36,408 nt of DNA from Verrucomicrobiota bacterium (GTDB lineage: Bacteria > Verrucomicrobiota > Verrucomicrobiia > Limisphaerales > Palsa-1400): assembly GCA_049510745.1 (NCBI GenBank), contig JBEKYR010000050.1, positions 1 through 36,408 of the forward strand, in the 5' to 3' direction. The notes under the pieces were generated by a model, which made no database searches, was not told the origin of the DNA, and saw only the letters and a program-made list of their open reading frames with translations. How positions within the stretch are numbered: position 1 is the stretch's first letter; every line of letters begins with the position of its first letter. Made by a program: the position numbers and the translations under genes. Below are positions 29,232 through 36,408 of this stretch, piece by piece.

Positions 29232-30365
29232 ATGCGTCAGCGCAACCCTTCAAAGCGGGCAAGAAACCAAAATCGGACGCGGGAATCCACGCCGCGGCGG
29301 CCAACCGCTTCAAATCGCGCTGTAACGTCGCCCATCATTCGGGAAATCCTGGCCCGCATCCGGACGGCCAGCTTTCAACACTATTTGAAAAAGCTGCTGG
29401 TTGAGTTGTGCCGGATAGACACCACCCCCAGCTCGGTTGTGGAAAAAATGCGCCTGGCCGAAGACGGCTGCTTCCAGATTCTCGAACGGGAATTGGGTGC
29501 GCTGAATTTTTCCGGCGCACGCCTGGAACGCCGCCCGATTAACCCCGCCATCAAAACGCATCCCAATTATTCCCTGCTGCACTTCACGAAAACCCCGGAG
29601 CGGCCGCAAGGACTTTCGACGGAAGAAACCTACGCCAACCGTTCCAATCTGCTCTGCATGCTTCCCGGAGCAGTCAAGAGCAGCACCGGTCAATCCGTTG
29701 CGATCAACGCGCACGTGGATGTTGTCGCGCCATATTTTCCGCCGCGTGTGAAAGGCGGCATGGTGTACGGATGCGGCGCCTGCGATGATAAAAGTTCGGT
29801 GGTCAGCATGGTGGCCGCTCTCAAAGTGCTTTCGGAAGTAATGGCCAAAGCCGGGTTGAAATGGAACCGGAACGTGCTGGCCATGTTTGTCGTTGAAGAG
29901 GAAACCGGCGGAAATGGTTCGCTTTCCCTCGCCATGGATCGCGATTTGAAGCGATTCTATGACTCCATTCTCGTTGGGGAATGCACGGGATTGAAGTTCC
30001 ATCCAGCCAATCGGGGCGCGGTATGGTACCGGGCTGATCTGACGGTGCCGACCGGAGTATCCCCCGTCGAAATGTTTGCCTTTGTCAACGAAGAGATGGA
30101 GAAGGAGGGCGCGGCCGTTCACGCCGAAAGCCGGCACATATTTTTTCCCCAACGCCCGGTCCAGACCTGCCACGGCATCATTGGTTCGTTTGGTGAGCAT
30201 CCCAGCCGTATTTGCGGCGAAGTCAGCTTTTTGGTTCAATCCGAGCGCCGCCCTGATGAGCCAACTGAAAACTTGGTGCGCGATTGTCTGGAGGCGGGGT
30301 TGGCGAGTTACATGGTTGCTGGCCAATATTGTCAACTGGTGGCAAGTGGCATCAAAAGAAGCTGA
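29232..30365 (+). pseudogene. M20 family metallopeptidase/deacylase, probably C-terminally truncated
   Basis: NAHVDVV, GACDDK, VEEETGG, GE metal ligands. YGCGA replaces the usual YGRGA, and no C-terminal G..x.AH ligand segment is present. Composition shifts after about 30310. Confidence 0.7.
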
Positions 30366-30521
30366 AAAAATCACTTGGTTTGACTGGTCGCGCCAACCTA
30401 TGGGAAAAGCGGCATGAAACGAAGCGTTCCTAAAAAGCGCCGTTCTTCAACAGTCTCTTGGCGCGAAAAACGTGTGAGTCCTGGGTCAGTGCCGAATGGC
30501 GCTCACATAAGACCTGATCTT

Positions 30522-30648
30522 GAGAAACAAGCGGTTGAGTCCGGGTTCCTCAATCGCAGCCTGCGCCACCAGCATGTGTCCGAGGTGAACCGGGTCGCAC
30601 GAACCCGTCCACGATTCCGATGCGTTGCCTGGCACGGGCGTGACTCAT
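30522..30648 (-). pseudogene. nadD: 5' fragment of nicotinate-nucleotide adenylyltransferase
   Basis: MSHARARQRIGIVDG/SCDPVHLGHMLVAQAAIEEPGLNRLF with one frameshift. Matches RIG..GGSFDPVHxGH. Confidence 0.75.
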
Positions 30649-30652
30649 CCGG

Positions 30653-30703
30653 TCACGGTTTGAGATGTCGGTCGGCGAAATTGAGATACTGCTCCCAGTC
30701 GTA
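30653..30703 (-). pseudogene. C-terminal 16 codons of a CE15-like carbohydrate esterase
   Basis: YDWEQYLNFADRHLKP* resembles the DW..YL.FAD.H terminal helix of CE15-type esterases. Confidence 0.55.
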
Positions 30704-30708
30704 AACAT

Positions 30709-30885
30709 AATTCCGGCGTCAAGATGATGAACATTTACGAAATCCAGGTCTACGTCAGTTACGGCAAAGCGGCCCTAGACAAGGAGGACTGTGGCGCCAT
30801 TTACAGTGAGACGGCTCCCTCGGTGAACGCCTGCAAGAAGCCCGGCGAATGGCAGAAGCTGGTGATTGATTTCCGCGCGGCGCGA
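30709..30885 (+). pseudogene. Internal fragment of a DUF1080 (3-keto-disaccharide hydrolase) protein
   Basis: NSGVKMMNIYEIQV...CGAIYS...NACKKPGEWQKLVIDFRAAR. Confidence 0.8.
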
Positions 30886-30937
30886 CCTGCAACGGGCCGG
30901 CTTCCTCCAGATGCAAGGACCCCTTTGGGAGCATCCA

Positions 30938-32305
30938 TTAAATCTGCTGCACAGGGCCAGAATCGCCGGCCTTGGAATTGCGGACCAGCGATAAAACGAG
31001 GACCATCGCGGCTAACGGCACAAGACTGGCGACAATCAGAATTGGCTCGAACGAATAGTGGTCCGAGACATAGCCAACGAGAAAAGTGGACAGGATTGTT
31101 CCGAGGCCCGCGCCCGTACCTGCCATACCGCTAACGGTGGCAACTGACCGGCTCGGGAAAAGGTCGGATGGCAAAACTAGCATGATCGTCGCGAAGGCCG
31201 CGTATGCGAAGGTTGAAAACCCAAACAGCGCCGCCAAGACCAACGGATTTGAAGTGAAGACCGTGCCGGCTAAAAGACATGTGCCGAACCCGCCGAACAC
31301 GATCACGGCTTTGCGGGCTCTGCCGACAGGCCATCCACGCCGTATCAGCCAGCTAGACACGCCGCCGCCGAAGAAATTGCCCAGATCAGCGGCAATGAAA
31401 GGAATCCAGTAGACGAGCACCCCCTGCTCCAACCGCACACCCTTTGCCACCAGATATATCGCAAACCAGTCAGCGATGAAGAACCAGATGGGGTCGGTGA
31501 ACGAACGACCGGCAATGATCCCCCAGGTTTGCGGCAGCCTCAGCAATTGCGTCCAGCGAATCACCGGGCCCTGCGCAGTCGTTCGGTTTTGCTCATCCTT
31601 TTCGTCCAGGATCATCCTTTTCTCGGATTCGCGGAGCCTCGGATGGCTTTCCGGAGGATAATAAAGCAGGCGCCAGAAGACCAACCACAAAAGACCCAAC
31701 GTGCCGGTGAAGACGAAGGCGAGTCTCCATCCGCCGAAGGTGTGGTACAGCCAGAGAATCAGGAACGGTGCGATCGCCGCGCCGACCGAGGAACCGCTGT
31801 CGAACAGAGCCACGGCCCAACCGCGTTCGCGTTTGGGAAACCACTCCGCCACAGCTTTGGCGGCGCCCGGCCAATTGGCCGATTCTCCCGCGCCCAACAG
31901 AAACCGAAACGCGCAGAAGCTGCGCAAGCCATTGGCAAACGACGTGCATATAGCCACGACGGAGTAGAAGAGGACCGTGAGCGTCAGCCCTTTGCGGGTG
32001 CCAATGCGGTCCAAAAAACGGCCAGACAGGGTTTGTCCGATGGAGTAGGCGATACGGAAGAATATAACGATCCACGCGAAGTCGGCGTTGGTCCAATGGT
32101 AATCACTCTTCAGATATGGCGCGAGCACCGACAACGTCTGTCGGTCGATGTAATTGATGGCGGTAGAAAGAAAGAGCAGGCCGCCGATCCACCACCGCAA
32201 GGATGGAAGCGTCCTGACCCGGCCTTGTGGAGACGCGGCACACGTCTTCCGTCCTTCGACAGGTTCAGGAGGGTGATGGGTTTGGAAGGCCATACTGTGG
32301 TTCAA
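30938..32305 (-). CDS. MFS transporter, ExuT/ACS-like
   Basis: [48 protein letters not shown]. 4-bp overlap with the nagB-like gene. Confidence 0.92.
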   Translation of the reverse strand: MNHSMAFQTHHPPEPVEGRKTCAASPQGRVRTLPSLRWWIGGLLFLSTAINYIDRQTLSVLAPYLKSDYHWTNADFAWIVIFFRIAYSIGQTLSGRFLDRIGTRKGLTLTVLFYSVVAICTSFANGLRSFCAFRFLLGAGESANWPGAAKAVAEWFPKRERGWAVALFDSGSSVGAAIAPFLILWLYHTFGGWRLAFVFTGTLGLLWLVFWRLLYYPPESHPRLRESEKRMILDEKDEQNRTTAQGPVIRWTQLLRLPQTWGIIAGRSFTDPIWFFIADWFAIYLVAKGVRLEQGVLVYWIPFIAADLGNFFGGGVSSWLIRRGWPVGRARKAVIVFGGFGTCLLAGTVFTSNPLVLAALFGFSTFAYAAFATIMLVLPSDLFPSRSVATVSGMAGTGAGLGTILSTFLVGYVSDHYSFEPILIVASLVPLAAMVLVLSLVRNSKAGDSGPVQQI

Positions 32306-33087
32306 ATCACGTCTGCCAATCTCTCGGGCGCCAGCAGACTCGCGGAGTTCCGGTCGAGAAAAAGATGCGCCCGGGGATGTTTCCGCAGGATTGTGGCCGG
32401 GCAGGCAGTGCTGATGGGATCACACAGTGTATTCAGCACGGCCTTCGCCTTACGCCGATCGGGAACCACACAGCTAAGGACCTTGGAATTCATGATCGCG
32501 GGGATGGTCAAACTCAGCGCATGGATGGGCACTTCGTCGAGACTGCGGAACCATCCTTCGCCTAATTGTTGACGGCGGCACGCCTCATCAAGTTCGACGA
32601 CCTTGACCAGGCGCCGATCGTCGAAATCGGCGACCGCAGGATCATTGAATGCGATGTGTCCGTTTTCTCCGATGCCGATGCAGGCGACGTCGATGTGGGC
32701 GGATTTCAAGAGGTTTTCATATCGGAGCGTTTCCTTCCCGATGTCTTTGGCGTCGCCGGCCAAAAAATGGATCTTTGCCGGACGCACCTCATCAAGAACC
32801 CGCTCGCGTAAATATCTCCGGAAACTCGCGGGATGGCGCTCGGACATCCCTCTATATTCGTCCAAATGAAAAACGGTGATCTTTCCCCAGTCCACCGAAC
32901 GATCCTTCTTGAACGCGTCCAAAAAAGTGAATTGAGAGGCGCCTGTGGCCAGGATCAGGCTAGCGGCTCCGTTTTTCTGCACTGCCGAAGCAAGTTCGGC
33001 GGCGACGAAATCGGATGCGGCGCAGCCCAGCAAGCGGTCGGTATGATAGACTTCGACGAACAGTGAGTCGGACTTGAAGCAACTCAT
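32302..33087 (-). CDS. nagB: Glucosamine-6-phosphate deaminase/isomerase family protein
   Basis: [45 protein letters not shown]. Confidence 0.88.
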   Translation of the reverse strand: MSCFKSDSLFVEVYHTDRLLGCAASDFVAAELASAVQKNGAASLILATGASQFTFLDAFKKDRSVDWGKITVFHLDEYRGMSERHPASFRRYLRERVLDEVRPAKIHFLAGDAKDIGKETLRYENLLKSAHIDVACIGIGENGHIAFNDPAVADFDDRRLVKVVELDEACRRQQLGEGWFRSLDEVPIHALSLTIPAIMNSKVLSCVVPDRRKAKAVLNTLCDPISTACPATILRKHPRAHLFLDRNSASLLAPERLADVI

Positions 33088-33121
33088 AACATAAGAAATT
33101 TCTTGTTGTTGATACTCCCCA

Positions 33122-34285
33122 TCAATCGCCGAATTCCTGCCACGCGTCCCGGATGTGCTTCAGCGTCTCCCACGGCGCATCAATAGCGGTGTTGCAGCTT
33201 GCAGACAAAATGAAACGGCGGGCCAACGGTCGCAGACGGTCGAGGAGACCGCGCATGTAGGCGAAGACCTGCTCGCGCGTGCGCAGTTCGCGGGTCTGGA
33301 ATGCACTGATGCCACCTGTGATCATGAAGCGATCACTGGTCAACCGCAGCGCCTCGTCGAGTTCCACGTCGCCGAGGGGCGGAAAGGCCACGCCCTCCAG
33401 GCCATCCACGCCGAGCGAATCAATCAGGCGCAAGTTGGCGCGCTGCCGTCCGCACGCATGGATGAAAAACGTGCTGCCGTGATCGTGGGCAATGGAACTG
33501 GCTTTTTGGTAGAACGACGCCGAGAACTTCTCAATGTAAGCGGGCGTGTGAAAGGCGGTGTCGAGATTGTCCATGGCCATCATCGCCGGCACGCCGGCGG
33601 CGGCGATCTGGCGCGCAAGGTCGAGTTGCGCCGCCTCGTGGAGCGCCAGCAGTTCTCGCACACGCGCCTCGTCGTCGGCTATGAGATAGCTCGCGTTGAC
33701 CGCCCCGGCCAGGAGATGCAGCGCCTTGAGCGGGCTAAACAACTCGCCCGCCACCACCAAGCCATCGTCACCGAGGCGAGCCTGTTCCCGCGCGTATCGC
33801 TCCGGCCGAAAGCGCCAGCGGCGCGCCCGCAGCAATTCTTCAATGGCCCCCAACGGATCCGCCGCGTCATCCAGCGCGAAGGCTTCCTGCACCAGCGTGG
33901 AGCCGTTCCAGACATAGCGCAGCCGTTCGGTCAGCGTGCCGCGCCGGGTATCATAGGTTCTGAAGATGACGCGGTCGCGTCCCTCCATGCGGACTTCCTC
34001 GCGCGCCTCGATGCCGTCCCAAATCTCTTCGGCTAAACCGCCGAACCAGCAATGCTGCTGGTCGCAGTAGATGTTCCGGCTGAAGACATCCAGTCCCAAA
34101 TGGCGGATAAGATCGAGTTGTGACCGGCAGTGCGCGATCTCCGGCGGCAGCAGACCGTGGTTCTGCTGGTGCGCGAACCATTGCCAGTAGTTCGGCGCAT
34201 AGACGATGCGGTCAGAGCGTTGCCGGTTCAATAATCGCCGCAAGCGCTCGCGAGCCGTTACGTTGGGAAGATGGGTGGTCATCAT
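33122..34285 (-). CDS. UroD/MtaA-CmuA fold protein, candidate Zn-dependent MT2 methyltransferase
   Basis: N-terminal TARERL...DR, FFIHACG (HxC), ITGGI and FILSASC (distal Cys), the ligand pattern of MtaA-type enzymes. Confidence 0.8.
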   Translation of the reverse strand: MMTTHLPNVTARERLRRLLNRQRSDRIVYAPNYWQWFAHQQNHGLLPPEIAHCRSQLDLIRHLGLDVFSRNIYCDQQHCWFGGLAEEIWDGIEAREEVRMEGRDRVIFRTYDTRRGTLTERLRYVWNGSTLVQEAFALDDAADPLGAIEELLRARRWRFRPERYAREQARLGDDGLVVAGELFSPLKALHLLAGAVNASYLIADDEARVRELLALHEAAQLDLARQIAAAGVPAMMAMDNLDTAFHTPAYIEKFSASFYQKASSIAHDHGSTFFIHACGRQRANLRLIDSLGVDGLEGVAFPPLGDVELDEALRLTSDRFMITGGISAFQTRELRTREQVFAYMRGLLDRLRPLARRFILSASCNTAIDAPWETLKHIRDAWQEFGD

Positions 34286-34297
34286 TGTGTATCCTCT

Positions 34298-34549
34298 TTA
34301 GTCAAAGCCGAGTTCCACAATCGCGGCCTGCGCCATCGCCATCAAAAAGTATCCGAGGTAATGCGCAAATTGCACCCAGGCGGATTGTGCTTTGCTCAGA
34401 CCCAACTCGGTCTGAAAATGCTTGTCCGTCACATCAATCATGCCGTTGCAAACGGCCCACAGGAAAAACAGCGAACTGAGGAGAGCAAACGTGAAGATCA
34501 AACTCCTGCCGTCATCCATTTCAAACATGCCCTTGTTGTTGGATTTCAT
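34298..34549 (-). pseudogene. FucP-family sugar permease N-terminus, truncated or fused
   Basis: FALLSSLFFLWAVCNGMIDV.DKHFQ.ELGLSKAQSAWVQFAHYLGYFLMA matches FucP TM1-2, followed by an unrelated 12-aa tail. Confidence 0.85.
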
Positions 34550-34660
34550 AGATCAATGGGATTAGAGGCCGTTGCCGATATCAAAAATGCGGTGAGATTT
34601 CATTTGATTCGTTGGTTGCGTTTACCGATTTGCCACGCTGATGGCAATCTCAAAATCAAT

Positions 34661-36024
34661 TCAGGTTTCAAACCTCAAACCATATTCCTCCGGCAGGAAA
34701 TGCGCATGATCGGCCAGCGCCAATTGCCGGGCGATGAATTCCGATTCGCTTTCCGGCAATTCATCCAGCGTCTCTTGCATGCTGTCGAACCAGATCAGCT
34801 CGTTGGGCGCGACCCGTAACTTGCCTCCGGCGTGCGCGCTGCGCAGCAACTCCACCGCCTTGCGCGCCACGGCCGCACCGGCGTGATAGTGCGTGTCGCT
34901 GCCCACTATGACCCGGGCATGATGAACGCCTGCGGATCCGTGGCCACGTCGGACTCCACCAGCCAACGCTGGAGCTGCCGGGCGGACTCACGCCCGTGCG
35001 AGCGGGCGGTGTTCATCAACCGGCAATCGTAGATGAGTTGTTCCATGTAACAGGTCGGCGCCATGCCGCCGAGCAACTTGATGTTTTGCACCGACTCGTT
35101 GGACCAAGTGTCGCAGCACGCCGCCGCGACGTTGCCCATGGGACTCAAGTGCGCGCAGGCGGAAGTCTTGCCTTCCATCGCCATCGGACAGCCGGTGATG
35201 GCCTTGAGGATCGGGTTTTCATAGCCGCAGTCCTTGCCGGGGCCAACGGCGCCGCACTCGTAAGCGACGAGGGATCGAACCGCGCTCACCGCGCGCACCA
35301 CGGCGGCGAACACCCGCGGAATCATCTTCTGCTCGGCCAGCACCATCGCGGTGTTGCCAAAACCGCAGGCGGTGTCGCCCGCGCACTTGACACCATGTTG
35401 GCCGGCGATCTTTTGGAGGTGTGTCCAGAGAAAGCGCATGTCGCGCTCGCCGAGGATGCAGAGAGAAAAGAGACTCGCTGCCAGGTCGCCGTTGACCAGC
35501 GCCTCGTCGTGCAATTCCTTGCCGCCGACGGATTCGATGCTTAACAACTCCGCTCCAGCCGCCGCCGAGCCTTCGAACAACTCCAGCATCGCGTCCCAGT
35601 AACGGCCGCGGCGCATCAACGGGGGGCGTTCGAACTCGCGGTTGTCGTTGGGCGTCATGCGCAGCGCGCTCTTTAAACCGCTGCGGTCTTTCTCCCGCTT
35701 CAGGCCTTCGAGCAAGACCTTGAGGATGTCCAAACCCCATGCCGGATGCTCGGTCATCGGCGGCAGGGTCTCGAATTCGATGACGACGCCGGGCGCTTCC
35801 AGCTCCGCCGCCCGGCGCAGCGCGCCCTGGATAATCTGTTCATAGTTGCGCCGCACTTCGGGCATGGCGCCGGCGTCAATACTTATCGGCGGCAGCGTGA
35901 AGTTGAGTTCCGGATAAACTGTGCCGCCGCCAATCACCATCCCGCTGCGCGTGGTGACGGGTTTCGGCGCAACGCCGAAGATCAGGTCAGCCGGATCAGG
36001 GATGGCCAAAGATTTGAAGCGCAT
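34661..36024 (-). pseudogene. mtaB: MtaB-like methanol:corrinoid methyltransferase, frameshifted near 34910
   Basis: IGGGTVYPELNF, VIEFETLP, SIESVGGKE, GDTACGFGNTA, GPGKDCGYEN, EGKTSACAH, DTWSNESV, YDCRLMN, DPQAF. The C-terminal ~80 aa continue in another frame (IVGSDTHY...FLPEEYGL). Confidence 0.88.
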
Positions 36025-36039
36025 TGTCGTGGCGTTCCA

Positions 36040-36408
36040 TCAAACCTTGCCTTGCAACAGCGCCAGGGCCGCGTCCACCGCGCTGCCCGCGTCCGGGGCA
36101 TAGCCGTCCGCGCCGATTTCGCGGGCAAACTCCTGCGTGATGGGCGCCCCGCCGATCATCACCTTGACCTCCAGGCCGGCTTCGCGGATGGCCTTCACCG
36201 TCTCGCCCATCGCGGGCATCGTCGTGGTCAGCAACGCTGATAAACCCACCAGCTTGGGCTGGTGTTCTTTGACAGCCTCGACGAACTTCATCGGCGGCAC
36301 GTTGACGCCCAGATCAATGACTTCGATGTTGGCCCCCTTCCACATCATGGCGACAAGGTTCTTGCCAATGTCGTGCAGGTCGCCTTCCACCGTCCCGATG
36401 ACCGCGCT
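36040..36408 (-). CDS. mtaC: Corrinoid (B12-binding) protein, MtaC-like, 5'-truncated by the window
   Basis: GTVEGDLHDIGKNLV (DxHxxG), GLSALLTTTM, MIGGAP, IGADGY. Frame is open to the window end. Confidence 0.92.
   Translation of the reverse strand, partial: SAVIGTVEGDLHDIGKNLVAMMWKGANIEVIDLGVNVPPMKFVEAVKEHQPKLVGLSALLTTTMPAMGETVKAIREAGLEVKVMIGGAPITQEFAREIGADGYAPDAGSAVDAALALLQGKV

Noticed and set aside
33122..34285. True hemE (uroporphyrinogen decarboxylase)
   Set aside because: Lacks the RQAGRY signature and heme-pathway context, and has MtaA-type HxC...C ligands instead.

Overview
GC-rich bacterial DNA, probably Verrucomicrobiota (Pedosphaerales-like). This is inferred from the C-terminal domains of the surface proteins and the GloVer-type repeats. 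There are four blocks. (1) 1-9550: two large secreted modular proteins. The first is a 5'-truncated protein of over 2250 aa (Ig domain with an inserted NHL propeller, four beta-helix modules, three PKD domains). The second is an Ig + PAF-acetylhydrolase-like hydrolase + 7x GloVer-repeat gene interrupted by one in-frame TGA. (2) ~10000-18000: a decayed integrative element bounded by a tRNA-Gly 3'-end att fragment with arm-type repeats and an IHF-like site. It carries two integrase remnants, ssb, an intact AbiEi/AbiEii type IV TA pair and several orphan ORFs. (3) 17989-19264: an IS481-like element with no target duplication, which truncates genes on both sides. (4) 19265-36408: an eroding amino-sugar utilisation region (Gfo/Idh/MocA, GH20, two AraC, class III aminotransferase, M20, two ExuT-like MFS, NagB-like) with a RIT remnant and many gene fragments. 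It ends in a corrinoid methyltransferase operon (MtaC-like, MtaB-like with a frameshift, UroD/MtaA-fold) co-oriented with sugar genes, which is the best candidate for an undescribed pathway. All calls come from reading motifs by eye; no searches were run.
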